Shown here: positions 27,239 to 37,275 of the stretch, piece by piece
Numbering within the stretch: the stretch's first letter is position 1
Layout: the number at the start of each line of letters is the position of its first letter
Assembly (NCBI GenBank): GCA_041660905.1
Contig: JBAZVL010000009.1
Location: 13,338 to 77,337, forward strand
Reading direction: 5' to 3'
DNA from: Gallionella sp.
GTDB taxonomy: Bacteria; Pseudomonadota; Gammaproteobacteria; Burkholderiales; Gallionellaceae
Length of the DNA stretch: 64,000 bases
The notes under the pieces: model-generated
Told to the model about the DNA's origin: nothing
What the model saw: only the letters and a program-made list of their open reading frames with translations
Database searches by the model: none
Position numbers and translations under genes: made by a program

Positions 27239-28393
27239 ATGCTTAACTTCACCTATTACAATCCGACGCGCATCCTGTTTGGTCAGGGGCGAATTGCCGA
27301 TCTGCCACATGAAATTCCTGCCGGTGCGCGGGTGTTGATCACCTATGGAGGTGGCAGCGTAGTCAAGACTGGCACGTTAGCCGAAGTGCGTACTGCACTC
27401 AAAGCGTACACGGTCTTCGAGTTCTCCGGCATCGAAGCCAATCCAACTTATGAAACATTGATGCGGGCGGTTGAACTTGCCCGCCGCGAAAAAATCGACT
27501 TTCTGCTTGCTGTCGGCGGTGGTTCGGTGATCGATGGCAGCAAATTTATCGCGGCGGCGATTCCCTTTGCGGGAGAACCCTGGGACATCCTGGCGCACCA
27601 CGCCGTGGTCAATAGCGCAATCGCTTTCGGCTGTGTACTGACCCTTGCGGCGACCGGTTCCGAGATGAATAGCGGTGCCGTGATTACCCGGCGGGAGGGG
27701 CGCGATAAGCTGGTCTTTTCAAGCCCGCTGGTCTTTCCCCGATTTTCGGTATTGGATCCGAGTAAAACGTTCACGCTGCCGCCGCGTCAAATCGCCAACG
27801 GGGTGGTTGATGCGTTCGTGCATGTGCTTGAACAATATCTGACTTATCCGGTTGATGCCAAGGTGCAGGATAGATTCGCCGAAGGCTTGCTGTTAACCTT
27901 GATCGAAGACGGCCCCAAGGCCTTGACGCAAGCCGATAATTATCCGGTGTGCGCCAATTTGATGTGGACGGCGACACTGGCGCTCAACGGTCTGATTGGT
28001 GCCGGAGTGCCACAGGACTGGGCAACGCATATGCTGGGCCATGAACTCACGGTATTGCACGGTCTGGATCATGCGCAGACCTTAGCCGTGGTATTACCCG
28101 CCATGCTCGAAGTGCGACGCGACGAAAAGCGCGAAAAATTGCTGCAATATGCAGATCGGGTCTGGGGTTTAAAGGAGGGCGGTGAGGAGGTGAGGATTGA
28201 TCTTGCCATCGCGCATACCCGGCAGTTTTTTGAGTCCTTGCAGGTATCCACCCGTCTGTCGGAGTACGGAATTTTTCGCGAGGCAATCCCGGCGCTGCTG
28301 GTGCAGCTAGAACGTCATGGCATGACGGCACTGGGCGAGCACGGCAATTTCAATCTGACCGATGCACAGCGTGTGTTTGAACTGGCGGCCTAA
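27239..28393 (+). CDS. yqhD: Iron-containing (group III) alcohol dehydrogenase, YqhD/butanol-dehydrogenase-like
   Basis: The N-terminus MLNFTYYNPTRILFGQGRIADL parallels YqhD. It has the GGGSVIDG motif and is 384 aa. Confidence 0.8.
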   Translation: MLNFTYYNPTRILFGQGRIADLPHEIPAGARVLITYGGGSVVKTGTLAEVRTALKAYTVFEFSGIEANPTYETLMRAVELARREKIDFLLAVGGGSVIDGSKFIAAAIPFAGEPWDILAHHAVVNSAIAFGCVLTLAATGSEMNSGAVITRREGRDKLVFSSPLVFPRFSVLDPSKTFTLPPRQIANGVVDAFVHVLEQYLTYPVDAKVQDRFAEGLLLTLIEDGPKALTQADNYPVCANLMWTATLALNGLIGAGVPQDWATHMLGHELTVLHGLDHAQTLAVVLPAMLEVRRDEKREKLLQYADRVWGLKEGGEEVRIDLAIAHTRQFFESLQVSTRLSEYGIFREAIPALLVQLERHGMTALGEHGNFNLTDAQRVFELAA

Positions 28394-28423
28394 CCGGTAT
28401 CACACCTGCGTCTAAGCCTTTGT

Positions 28424-29170
28424 TCATATAGAAATCTGGTAGACGCCGGGCGAAGACTCCGGCCCTAGATGATGCAGCAACTCGTTGAGCGCCGGCTGGT
28501 TAGCCGTGCGCGCGGTGCCGTAAAAATGAAAGCCTTGCGGGCGCGACCAGCCGCCCTGACCGCCTAGCAGCAATGCGCCGCCTTGTGTGCTCAAGGTAGC
28601 GCTAATCTTGTCCCGGCTTGCGTTGAGGTCAATTTGATAATCTCCCAACGGATGTACCGATGACATCGCTGAACCCGCCTCGCGCCAGCGCGCCGTGGCA
28701 TTGCCTTGCAGTGCATCTTCGGCATAAGTCAGTTGAGGGCTCTCGACCATCAAACTGCCGCTAAATTGTGCGGGTTTAAGATAGGGTGACAACTCGCTGA
28801 TGATGCCTGCCGGCAGCGGCAGGAGCACGTTGCTCAAAACCATTGATTTGCTATCAAGCAGCAACTGCATCGGTGCTTTTGCCTGCAGATTTTCCCAGGC
28901 CAGTGTGACGCTCAGTCGCCCCAGCAGCAAATCTTGCGGGTTGATCCGCCATTGCAGGGTGTGCAGGGCAAAACTGGCATGGTTAGCCATATTAAGCTGC
29001 GGGGTGGCGCTGCCATGCCAGATTGTTCCCCGGCAATTGGCCAGCGACAGCCGCTGATGGCTGAAATGTCCGGCGGCTGTATCGAGCAGGTAAGCCGGTG
29101 CGGTGACGATCAGTGCGCCCATGGCGTAGACGGCGGTAAACAGGGCGAGATAGCGGGTTTTAATCGTCAC
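28424..29170 (-). CDS. gspN: Type II secretion system protein GspN
   Basis: GTG 29170 is preceded by GGAG and overlaps the gspM stop (GTGA). It has an N-terminal TM segment and the GTIWHGSA motif. The ORF track extends to 29296. Confidence 0.7.
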   Translation of the reverse strand: MTIKTRYLALFTAVYAMGALIVTAPAYLLDTAAGHFSHQRLSLANCRGTIWHGSATPQLNMANHASFALHTLQWRINPQDLLLGRLSVTLAWENLQAKAPMQLLLDSKSMVLSNVLLPLPAGIISELSPYLKPAQFSGSLMVESPQLTYAEDALQGNATARWREAGSAMSSVHPLGDYQIDLNASRDKISATLSTQGGALLLGGQGGWSRPQGFHFYGTARTANQPALNELLHHLGPESSPGVYQISI

Positions 29171-29679
29171 GGTGTATCTCCGTTGGTGAGGGTCGCGCGG
29201 ATGGCCACCATGCCCGGATCGGCGAGTTGCGTGATGGCGACGGAATTCACGCGCAGATGTTGTGAAGTTTGCAATTCGCGCAGCCAGACCAGCCATTTTT
29301 CAAAGGAAACTGAGGTCAGGGTGATGCGTGCGCCGTTGGGTTCCTGAGCGGTGACGGTGGTCAGTTCCGTGAACAAGGGATGGCGTGTGGCGGATTCCTC
29401 GATGGCGGTCTTGACAGCCTGGGCATCCATTACCGCCAGACGGGGACGATGGCGCAATTCTTCGACTTGTTTTACAGCCTGGCGTATTTGCTCGGATTGC
29501 ATGCGCAGTTGCGGCAGCCGGGTATGCAGTTTGCCAAGCGCTTCATGCGCGGGTTGCCAGAGCAGGAAATAGCACAACAAAGGCAGCGCGATGGATAAAC
29601 CGAGCAGAATGGCGCGGCGTTCTTGCAGCGCACGGGTGTCCCAGTGTTGCTGTCGCAGCGTTTTAAGGTAGGCGTTCAT
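29167..29679 (-). CDS. gspM: Type II secretion system protein GspM
   Basis: 170 aa with a single TM segment (ILLGLSIALPLLCYFLLW). Its position between gspL and gspN fits. The start shares one base with the gspL stop (TAATG). Confidence 0.75.
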   Translation of the reverse strand: MNAYLKTLRQQHWDTRALQERRAILLGLSIALPLLCYFLLWQPAHEALGKLHTRLPQLRMQSEQIRQAVKQVEELRHRPRLAVMDAQAVKTAIEESATRHPLFTELTTVTAQEPNGARITLTSVSFEKWLVWLRELQTSQHLRVNSVAITQLADPGMVAIRATLTNGDTP

Positions 29680-30887
29680 TACAGTCCCTCCAGCGTGATG
29701 GTGAGTTTGCCTTGCCGTCCGTCAGGCAGGTCGTGCATGTCGCTGCTGCGCACTTTTAATCCTTTGTTTTTAAATGTTTTTTCTAGCTTGTCGAAACCGG
29801 CGGCGCTGGCTAGTTTGATGTCGAGTTCAAGTTTTCCCGATTCATAATTTAAACTGTGCACCGATTTGGGCGGCAACGGGGTAATTCTGTCCAGCAGTGC
29901 GATGAAATCAGCATCATCGACAACCCCGGCGGCATGGCGCAGTCCGGCCAGATTGCGTTGCATTTGCAAAGGAGCGTCCACCAGTGTGCTGTCATCGCCA
30001 AAGGCATTGCGAAAGCGCTGTTCTATAGTTTGCGTCAGTTCGCGCTTTTCACCGGCCAGTTTGAGCCATTCCAGATGTGTACCTGCCACTTCAATCAGGA
30101 AGGCTGCGATCAGGATAAACAACAGCGGGCGCATTTTGGTCAGAGCATCGAACAGACGCAGTGAGGGGCTAAAGTCGCCGCACAGTAAATTGGGCGTCGT
30201 CTCGCTGATCGGCGCATCGCGCCAATTCCAGCACTCGCCCGCGACTAGCGGCACAGGCAGATCCCAGGCAGGTAAAGTATCAACCTGATCGGAGGACTGA
30301 AAACGCAGTTCAATCTGGCCCGGGGCGCGGGTTCCTGCCGCAGTCAGTGTTTGTATCAGTGCCAGCGGCGGCGTGTGCAGATCACCGCAATCCAGGGCGA
30401 GTCCGGTGGTGTTAGAAGTGCGCAAGAACCCGTTTTTCCCGTCCAAAACCAGCGTCCAGCCGTCAGCAGGCAGAGCGGGCATGATCGATTCGGCAATCAG
30501 ACGGCGCAACGGCAAACCGGCCGCCGTGGCGTCGGTGATAATTTGCCGGAGCCAGGGCTTGGCCATGACGGAGACAGCAATTTGGCCGGACTCCGCTGAG
30601 TTGGCATACGCTGCATGTAGCTCATCCGGTTCAGTGAGCGCGTGTTCTTCGGCGATGAAGGGGAGGGCTGCGAGCCAGCGGCGCTGATTGCCGGGCGGTT
30701 TGGGGGCAGTGAAGATCAGCACGCGATCGGCGGCCAGAATGCCTACACATTCAGCGGCCTTGGGCATGTTCGCTAACACCGACTGACCTTGTTCCAGCAG
30801 TTTTCCTGACTCATCGGATAAGGCCCAGGGGCAGAGGCTGCTGCTGTCGCGCCACCCGGATGAAAAATAGATACGCAGTATGCTCAT
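29679..30887 (-). CDS. gspL: Type II secretion system protein GspL
   Basis: 402 aa with a cytoplasmic actin-like domain, one TM segment and a periplasmic domain. Gene order supports the call. Confidence 0.8.
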   Translation of the reverse strand: MSILRIYFSSGWRDSSSLCPWALSDESGKLLEQGQSVLANMPKAAECVGILAADRVLIFTAPKPPGNQRRWLAALPFIAEEHALTEPDELHAAYANSAESGQIAVSVMAKPWLRQIITDATAAGLPLRRLIAESIMPALPADGWTLVLDGKNGFLRTSNTTGLALDCGDLHTPPLALIQTLTAAGTRAPGQIELRFQSSDQVDTLPAWDLPVPLVAGECWNWRDAPISETTPNLLCGDFSPSLRLFDALTKMRPLLFILIAAFLIEVAGTHLEWLKLAGEKRELTQTIEQRFRNAFGDDSTLVDAPLQMQRNLAGLRHAAGVVDDADFIALLDRITPLPPKSVHSLNYESGKLELDIKLASAAGFDKLEKTFKNKGLKVRSSDMHDLPDGRQGKLTITLEGL

Positions 30888-31618
30888 GTCAAGGCCACCA
30901 TTTCAAAAATCCCCAGCAGAATCGGCTGATGTAACAAGTAAATCGCCAAGCTATGGCGTCCGGCCAGTGCCAGCGGCTGCATGCTGGACAGGGGGGCTTT
31001 CAGCCAGTCTGGCTGAGGCTGATTCACAATTAATCGCCCTACAATAATTCCTGCCAGAACTACGCCAAACCAGGGAAGAAACGGCACGTAATCTTCGGTA
31101 AACGGCTTGTAGGTCATCAATCCCAGCCATTGCAGGGCGGGGGTGTTAAATACCGGATGACTGACGCTAAGGCCGATGGTCAGGCAAAGCAATGCAGAGG
31201 CCAGCGTGAGGTAATGCAAGCGCACAAACAGGCGGCCAATCAGACTGGCTAGCAGGATGAAATGCAGGATGCCGAAAAAGATGAAGCTCTGCGGAAACAT
31301 CAGATAGCTGCCCAGCGAGACGGCCAGGCAGGCGGCCAGCAACCGTGCTTGTCTGTGCCAGAATGAAGTCGAGCAGGGACGTTGCGCGTTGAGCACCAGA
31401 CTGATGCCGGCCAGCAGTAAAAACAGCGTGACGATAAAGGCGCGGGCGGACAGCCAGAAGGGCGCACCATTGAAATCCTGCTGTATCCAGCCGTGAAAAT
31501 TCATATCGAAACTCGCGTGATAAGCGATCATCAACACGATCGCGACGCCGCGCAGCACATCGATCAGCACGATACGGTGCGGCACCAACAGGGCGGCGGT
31601 TTGCCGGATCGCGCTCAT
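30884..31618 (-). CDS. DUF1624 / heparan-alpha-glucosaminide N-acetyltransferase-like polytopic membrane protein
   Basis: The N-terminus RIVLIDVLRGVAIVLMIAYH is typical of DUF1624, with about 7 TM segments. ATGA overlaps occur at both ends, with the gspK stop (31615-31618) and the gspL start (30884-30887). Confidence 0.65.
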   Translation of the reverse strand: MSAIRQTAALLVPHRIVLIDVLRGVAIVLMIAYHASFDMNFHGWIQQDFNGAPFWLSARAFIVTLFLLLAGISLVLNAQRPCSTSFWHRQARLLAACLAVSLGSYLMFPQSFIFFGILHFILLASLIGRLFVRLHYLTLASALLCLTIGLSVSHPVFNTPALQWLGLMTYKPFTEDYVPFLPWFGVVLAGIIVGRLIVNQPQPDWLKAPLSSMQPLALAGRHSLAIYLLHQPILLGIFEMVALT

Positions 31619-32535
31619 TGTACGCTCTGCCATACCACCATAGGCCAGCCTCCGGTGCGCTGCAACAACGCCTGCGTGGTGACTTGAGCGCGGGCGACCC
31701 TGGCGCGGCCGGTCACCCGGAAAAAGCTGCTTTTTACCGATAAATCGTTATTGTTCATATTTTTAACTCCATTTTGTGCACGTTGTGTGAAATCCTTCAT
31801 GTCCTTGAAGGGACGGCTTTGACGCTCCCGCACCAGAACGCGGGCATCGGATAACTTCATCTCCGGGATGATCGCAGCGAGTACCTCTGCGGAGGCGAAA
31901 TTGACATTGACCGGCATCGAGAGCGGCAATACGCTGACGAAGGGGCGCAAACGCTCGATGCTGCGCTCGTCGAAACCCTTCACCAGCGTTAATTCGCCCA
32001 GTTCTGCCAGCGGTTTATTCGCGCTGCGGCACGGCACAGATTTCGACAGGTAATAAACATCCTCGGCGCCACCCGGATACTGGGCTTCGCTGTCGCTGTC
32101 CATCCAATCGGCCAGCGCGATGGACAGATCGCCGGACAGCCCCAGCAGGGTCAGTAGACGCTGGAATTGCGCGATATCGGCCGCGCTGCTTTTCCCGTTG
32201 CGCACCAGATTATTCAGGTTGAACAAGCCTTGCAGGTCCTCAATGACGCCGATCACCTCCCCCTGATCCACCGGCATCGCGGGCAGACGCAGCGCCCAAA
32301 TCTCTCCCTGATGATCGGTTTGATTGGCGTTCGCATCATCGGCCAGCACCGCACGCGCCCAGTCTATGCCGGCAACACCTAAGCGTCTGGCCTGTGCGCG
32401 ATCAAACTGACTCTCCACCTGACGCTGCCATAGTTGCTGTTGCTGAGCCAGATAAGTTGCCAGTACCGTGGCGATCGCGACGATCAGCATCACCAGGATG
32501 ATGGCAACGCCGCGCTGATGAGTATGCCGGTTCAT
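31615..32535 (-). CDS. gspK: Type II secretion minor pseudopilin GspK
   Basis: The N-terminus QRGVAIILVMLIVAIATVLATYL is characteristic. 306 aa. Confidence 0.85.
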   Translation of the reverse strand: MNRHTHQRGVAIILVMLIVAIATVLATYLAQQQQLWQRQVESQFDRAQARRLGVAGIDWARAVLADDANANQTDHQGEIWALRLPAMPVDQGEVIGVIEDLQGLFNLNNLVRNGKSSAADIAQFQRLLTLLGLSGDLSIALADWMDSDSEAQYPGGAEDVYYLSKSVPCRSANKPLAELGELTLVKGFDERSIERLRPFVSVLPLSMPVNVNFASAEVLAAIIPEMKLSDARVLVRERQSRPFKDMKDFTQRAQNGVKNMNNNDLSVKSSFFRVTGRARVARAQVTTQALLQRTGGWPMVVWQSVQ

Positions 32536-33128
32536 TGCAGTGCGAAAACCCGGCTGATTTTCTCGCCGCTGAGTAAGGTCAGGTTTACTTCAGCCGCCTG
32601 CGGCAGTCCTCCCGTAGCGCTGACAGGCGGCCACTGGGTTTGCCAGTCACCGCTGCTCCCCATATAGCGCAGGGAAAATTCGCGCACCCCTTCGAGTAGC
32701 GGATAGCGCGCAGGCCGGGTACGCTGAGCCAGATCAAGCACTGGCCAGCTAAGCATCACGATAGCATTTTGTTCCAGTCGGTAGCCTATGCGTTGCGGCG
32801 CCATGTGATTAACTCCCTGATCGCTGGTGCCCGCGCGGGTAAAGGAAAGTTCAGCATCGTCTTCGCCCACCACCACGGCATGTCCTATCCATTCAGGCTG
32901 TGATTGCCCGCCGGTATCACGCACGCGGCGGCGCTCAGCCTGCGCGATATCCTGATCGAGGCGTGAAAAAAAGAAGGAGAGGTGTTGCCATTTCTTTGTC
33001 TCGGCGCTGACCCGTTCGCGCGTTTGCAACACGGCATCCAACCCGCGATAGCCTGCGACCGACAGCAACGCGAGGATCACGATGGAGACTAACAGTTCGA
33101 TCAGGGTGAAGCCACTCTGATTATTCAT
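32532..33128 (-). CDS. gspJ: Type II secretion minor pseudopilin GspJ
   Basis: Prepilin leader and N-terminus (SGFTLIELLVSIVILALL). 198 aa. ATGA overlaps at both ends. Confidence 0.85.
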   Translation of the reverse strand: MNNQSGFTLIELLVSIVILALLSVAGYRGLDAVLQTRERVSAETKKWQHLSFFFSRLDQDIAQAERRRVRDTGGQSQPEWIGHAVVVGEDDAELSFTRAGTSDQGVNHMAPQRIGYRLEQNAIVMLSWPVLDLAQRTRPARYPLLEGVREFSLRYMGSSGDWQTQWPPVSATGGLPQAAEVNLTLLSGEKISRVFALQ

Positions 33129-33514
33129 AGTCGCCGGAACTGCACAAGGTAGCCGCTCAAGTGGCGTAGCGAGTTGTGGGGGGCGGTTGATAAGGCAACG
33201 CTCACTTCGATGCGGCGAAACGCCGGGTTGGGCGTGGCGCTGATCTTTTCATCCCACAAAAACACCATGCCGGCCTGTGTCTGTTCGCCCTGAGCCGTGC
33301 CTGCGGGCAGCCAGTCGCCGCGTCCGGCATGCAGCGCGAGGCGATTTTGCGCGACCCAGTCGGCCAGCACGCGTACTCGCAGTGCATCGACGTGGCTGGT
33401 GCCAGCTCCTGTTGCGCGTAACACGGCTGCCATGGCAATAGCGAGTATCGCCAGCGCCACCAGCGATTCGAGCAGGGTAAATCCGCCTTGCCGGTTTAGC
33501 TTGTCGAGGTTCAT
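33125..33514 (-). CDS. gspI: Type II secretion minor pseudopilin GspI
   Basis: N-terminus GGFTLLESLVALAILAIAM. 129 aa. Confidence 0.85.
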   Translation of the reverse strand: MNLDKLNRQGGFTLLESLVALAILAIAMAAVLRATGAGTSHVDALRVRVLADWVAQNRLALHAGRGDWLPAGTAQGEQTQAGMVFLWDEKISATPNPAFRRIEVSVALSTAPHNSLRHLSGYLVQFRRL

Positions 33515-34068
33515 GGCGAACTGCTGCTATCTTGCGAGGCAATCACATCCCCTGTGCTTTTTCCGCTGACGATGGCATTGCCGTACTGATTACCCAGATT
33601 GATGCGATAGGGCAGGGCAAAGCCGTAAGCCGCCATCGACAATCGATCGCCCTGCTTAATAACTTGATTTTCAAGCATAATTTGACTGATGCGGATGCCT
33701 TCCGGCAGTTCTCGCGGACGCAGGAGTTTGTCGTTCTCTATGCGCACCCAGTCGTTATATTCATTTTTCTCCCAGAAGCGATAGTGCGATCCCTCGCCCG
33801 ACCAGCCCAGCGTACGTCCACTGGCTTGCGCTTCCAAGCCCGCATTTTCCAGCAGCAACGCCAGTCGAACGCTTTCCTCGCGCAACACGGCGCGCTTATC
33901 CGGCATCAATTGCACCGCCGTCATGCCCAGCGTGATGCCTATCACCACCAGCACCACCAGCAGCTCCACCAGGGTAAAACCCCGTAAAGGATGCCGGATG
34001 CAGGATTTAGGATTTAGGATGCCGGATGAAGGATGCCGGACTGCTTTTAAAAAGTTTACAAGTCCCAT
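33511..34068 (-). CDS. gspH: Type II secretion minor pseudopilin GspH with an unusually long (about 30 aa) leader
   Basis: The cleavage and N-terminal motif RGFTLVELLVVLVVIGITLG sits at residues 29-48. The only in-frame start is ATG 34068, which overlaps gspG by 13 nt. The leader is encoded by a heptamer repeat. Confidence 0.8.
   Translation of the reverse strand: MGLVNFLKAVRHPSSGILNPKSCIRHPLRGFTLVELLVVLVVIGITLGMTAVQLMPDKRAVLREESVRLALLLENAGLEAQASGRTLGWSGEGSHYRFWEKNEYNDWVRIENDKLLRPRELPEGIRISQIMLENQVIKQGDRLSMAAYGFALPYRINLGNQYGNAIVSGKSTGDVIASQDSSSSP
33987..34042. repeat. Degenerate heptanucleotide array, 8 units NNGGATK (plus-strand reading), inside the gspH 5' end
   Basis: Read directly: AAGGATG CCGGATG CAGGATT TAGGATT TAGGATG CCGGATG AAGGATG CCGGACT. 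On the minus strand it encodes RHPSSGILNPKSCIRHP. Confidence 0.8.
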
Positions 34069-34493
34069 GATCCGATGTCCGCATCAGTGCCTTCGCCGCC
34101 CGCTTCCCGGTTTGCGCCGAAACTCATCACATCGACGTCGCCATGCAAGCCCGGTTGCAGATATTTATAGGGTGAACCCCAGGGGTCTTTGGGCAGCTTT
34201 TCCAGATAGCCGTTGCCCTTCCAGTTCTCCGGCACAGGGGCGCTGACCGGTTTTTTGACCAGTGCCTGCAGGCCCTGCTCGGTGGAGGGGTAGCGCATGT
34301 TGTCGAGTTTGTAGAGTTTTAACGCCTGTGAAATCGCACCGATATCCTGTCTGGCGGCCGTGACGCGCGCCTCATCCGGGCGGCTCATCACTTTGGGAAC
34401 GATCAAGGCGGCGAGCACCGCTATGATGACGATCACCACCATCACTTCAATCAGGGTAAATCCAGTGCTGGATGTTTTGTTTTTCATGTTCAA
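34056..34493 (-). CDS. gspG: Type II secretion major pseudopilin GspG
   Basis: N-terminus GFTLIEVMVVIVIIAVLAALIVP, then the conserved DIGAISQALKLYKLDN..YPSTEQGLQALV and GANREAGGEG. The RBS is AAGGAG. Confidence 0.93.
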   Translation of the reverse strand: MNMKNKTSSTGFTLIEVMVVIVIIAVLAALIVPKVMSRPDEARVTAARQDIGAISQALKLYKLDNMRYPSTEQGLQALVKKPVSAPVPENWKGNGYLEKLPKDPWGSPYKYLQPGLHGDVDVMSFGANREAGGEGTDADIGSWDL

Positions 34494-34533
34494 ACTCCTT
34501 GAGTTTATTGATTTTAAAACTAATATTTATTCT

Positions 34534-36105
34534 TTATGCGCAATCTGTTTTTCTATGACTGCCGGCGAATTCGACGGCAACATCGAGCGATGCGGTGAAC
34601 TCATCGATCTTGATGGGTTTACTCAGATAGCGAAAAAAGCCTGACTTCATCCCTGTTTCAATATCCAGCGGCATGGCATTTGCACTGAGCGCCATCACCG
34701 GAATATGTGCGGTGAGCTTGTCGGTGCGCAAAATCTGCAGTGCTTCGATACCGCTCATTCCCGGCAGGTTGATGTCCATCAAGACGACATCCGGTTGAAA
34801 GGTGCGCGCCATGTCGATGCCGTCCAGCGCGTTGACTGCCGTCAGCAGACGAAAGCCGGGACGGCGTGCGATGATTTGTTCGACCAGTTTCATATTCGCC
34901 GGATTGTCTTCCACGTAGAGCAGCGTACCGTGAGGCGGCGGGAGCGCCTGGGTCGGGGTGTTTGCCGTAACGGTTTCCGTGCCTGTGCCGGAATCCAGTT
35001 CAAACCAGAACAGACTGCCTACATCGACCCGGCTTTCCACCCCCATGCGTCCTTCCATCAGTTCAACCAGACGCAGGGCGACCACCAGTCCGATGCCGGT
35101 ACCTTCTTGATTGCCCGACTCCTGGCCTAAGCGGTTGAATGCCTGAAACAGTTGAGTCATTTTTTCAGGCGCCAAACCCAGTCCCGTATCACGGATATTC
35201 ACGCGCGTGCGTCCCTCGCCACTGGTGGTCAGGGTGACCTTGATGCTGCCATTCTGGCGGTTGTATTTGATCGCGTTGGATAACAGATTGATGAGCACTT
35301 GTTTGACACGCGTCCGGTCGGCCAGCACAAAACAGGGGGTAGCAAATTCAGGGAAACTCATCCGTATTCCGTGTTGCTGTGCTTGCAGGGCGAGCATGCT
35401 CTGGCACTCGGACATCACTTCAGACAGCGATACCGGCTGGAATTGCAGCGGCACGTGTCCGGACTCGATCTTGGCAAGATCGAGGATCTCGTTGATCAGC
35501 TTGAGCAGATGCCAGCCCGCCTGAAGTATCTGCGTGATGCTGTCCTTCTGCGCAGAGGTCGGCGATTGTGCGTCAGACTCCATCAACTGGGCAAAACCCA
35601 GGATGGCGTTGAGCGGGCTGCGCAGCTCATGGCTCATGCCGGAGAGAAAATTGGTCTTGGCCAGATTGGCTTTTTCAGCCACAAAAGTGGCGCGCTCCAA
35701 TTGATTGTTTATTTTCTTGAGCGCCAGATGATTCTTCACGCGTGCCATCACGATAGGCGGACTGACGGGCTTGGTGATGTAATCGACCGCCCCCAGTTCC
35801 AGTCCCCTCTGTTCATCTTTCATTTCGACCTTAGCCGTGAGGAAAATCACCGGGATATTTTTTGTCCTGGCATTTGACTTCAGTTGCCGGCAAACCTCGT
35901 AGCCATCCATGCCGGGCATCATGATGTCGAGCAGAATCAGATCGGGCGGCGTGGCCGATGCGGCAATTTTTAAGGCCTTCTCACCGCTGGTGGCGACTTT
36001 TACCCGATACTCATTTCTCAGTAAATTGCTCATCAGTGCCAGATTTTCCGGCGCATCATCGACCAGCAATAGGGTGGGTCTTGTGTCAAAGTTAAGTGGG
36101 TTCAT
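34534..36105 (-). CDS. Hybrid histidine kinase, REC-HisKA-HATPase-REC
   Basis: N-terminal REC ([11 protein letters not shown]...[14 protein letters not shown]), H-box [14 protein letters not shown], an HATPase G-box, and a C-terminal REC ([11 protein letters not shown]...DINLPGMSG). Its stop is 40 nt from the gspG ATG, with no obvious terminator. Confidence 0.9.
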   Translation of the reverse strand: MNPLNFDTRPTLLLVDDAPENLALMSNLLRNEYRVKVATSGEKALKIAASATPPDLILLDIMMPGMDGYEVCRQLKSNARTKNIPVIFLTAKVEMKDEQRGLELGAVDYITKPVSPPIVMARVKNHLALKKINNQLERATFVAEKANLAKTNFLSGMSHELRSPLNAILGFAQLMESDAQSPTSAQKDSITQILQAGWHLLKLINEILDLAKIESGHVPLQFQPVSLSEVMSECQSMLALQAQQHGIRMSFPEFATPCFVLADRTRVKQVLINLLSNAIKYNRQNGSIKVTLTTSGEGRTRVNIRDTGLGLAPEKMTQLFQAFNRLGQESGNQEGTGIGLVVALRLVELMEGRMGVESRVDVGSLFWFELDSGTGTETVTANTPTQALPPPHGTLLYVEDNPANMKLVEQIIARRPGFRLLTAVNALDGIDMARTFQPDVVLMDINLPGMSGIEALQILRTDKLTAHIPVMALSANAMPLDIETGMKSGFFRYLSKPIKIDEFTASLDVAVEFAGSHRKTDCA

Positions 36106-36114
36106 GGCGAGCCT

Positions 36115-37275
36115 TTAAGCGGGCCATCCTGCATCAGCTTGCATCAGATAGTCCTTTTTCTTGTCCATGTCGGCATCCGTATCGACAAAGCGCCGGGCGA
36201 TGGTGCGAAACTCCTCTTGTATCTCCAGGAAGGCGTCCAGCATAGTGGCATCAAAATGGCTGCCTCGGCCTTCGCGCATAATCTGTACCGCCTTTTCATG
36301 CGACATGCCCGCTTTGTAGACGCGCCGACTGATCAACGCATCGTAAACATCGGCCACCGCCATCAGTCGCGCAGCGATAGGGATGTCATCGCCGGCTAAA
36401 CCTTCCGGATAGCCGCTGCCGTCCCATTTTTCCTGATGGGAGTAGGAGATAGACTTGGCCATGGTGAGGAACTCTACGCTGGTGCCCAGCGCCGTTTCAG
36501 CGTGCACGATGGCATCGCGTCCCAGCGTGGTGTGGGTTTTCATGATTTCAAACTCATGGGGTTCGAAACGCCCCGGTTTTAGCAGGATGCGATCGGGAAT
36601 GCCGACCTTGCCGATGTCGTGCAGCGGTGCCGATTTAAACAGCATATTGATGTTGCTGTCAGTCAAATACCAGGCAAATTTCGGATGGTCTTGTAACTTT
36701 TCGGCCAGCGCCTTGACATAAAACTGGGTGCGCCGTATATGGTTGCCGGTGTCGGAGTCGCGCGTTTCTGCCAAAGAGGCCATGGCCAAAATAGTCACAT
36801 CCTGAATAGCGCTCACTTCCAGAGTACGTTTGACGACCTCGCGTTCCAGGAACTCGTTTTGATCGCGCAAAAAACTCTCCATGGCGGTCAGCGCCAGATA
36901 GTTTTTGACGCGCGCCAGCACGATAGGGGGACTGATGGGTTTGGTGATGTAATCGACCGCGCCTAAGCTCAGCCCCGTCAACTCATCATCCATCTCGGAT
37001 TTTGCGGTCAGAAATATCACCGGAATATGCAAGGTTTTCGGATCGCGCTTGAGCTGCCGGCAGACCTCATAACCATCCAGTTCCGGCATCATGATGTCGA
37101 GCAGAATCAAGGCGGGCGGCGCGTCCGATCGTGCAATTTTCAGCGCCTTCTCGCCGCTGTTGGCAATTTTCACCTTGTAGTCATCGCAAAGCAGGTTGCT
37201 CATCAAAGTCAGATTGTCAGGGGCATCATCCACCACCAGGATCGTGGGCTTGTCGGTGAAACTAAAGGATTCCAT
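36115..37275 (-). CDS. Response regulator with HD-GYP c-di-GMP phosphodiesterase domain (RpfG-like)
   Basis: REC (ILVVDDAPDNL...LLDIMMPELDGYEV) plus HDIGKVGIPD and EKWDGSGYPEGL. ATG 37275 has the RBS GGAG and overlaps the upstream gene by 14 nt. Confidence 0.9.
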   Translation of the reverse strand: MESFSFTDKPTILVVDDAPDNLTLMSNLLCDDYKVKIANSGEKALKIARSDAPPALILLDIMMPELDGYEVCRQLKRDPKTLHIPVIFLTAKSEMDDELTGLSLGAVDYITKPISPPIVLARVKNYLALTAMESFLRDQNEFLEREVVKRTLEVSAIQDVTILAMASLAETRDSDTGNHIRRTQFYVKALAEKLQDHPKFAWYLTDSNINMLFKSAPLHDIGKVGIPDRILLKPGRFEPHEFEIMKTHTTLGRDAIVHAETALGTSVEFLTMAKSISYSHQEKWDGSGYPEGLAGDDIPIAARLMAVADVYDALISRRVYKAGMSHEKAVQIMREGRGSHFDATMLDAFLEIQEEFRTIARRFVDTDADMDKKKDYLMQADAGWPA

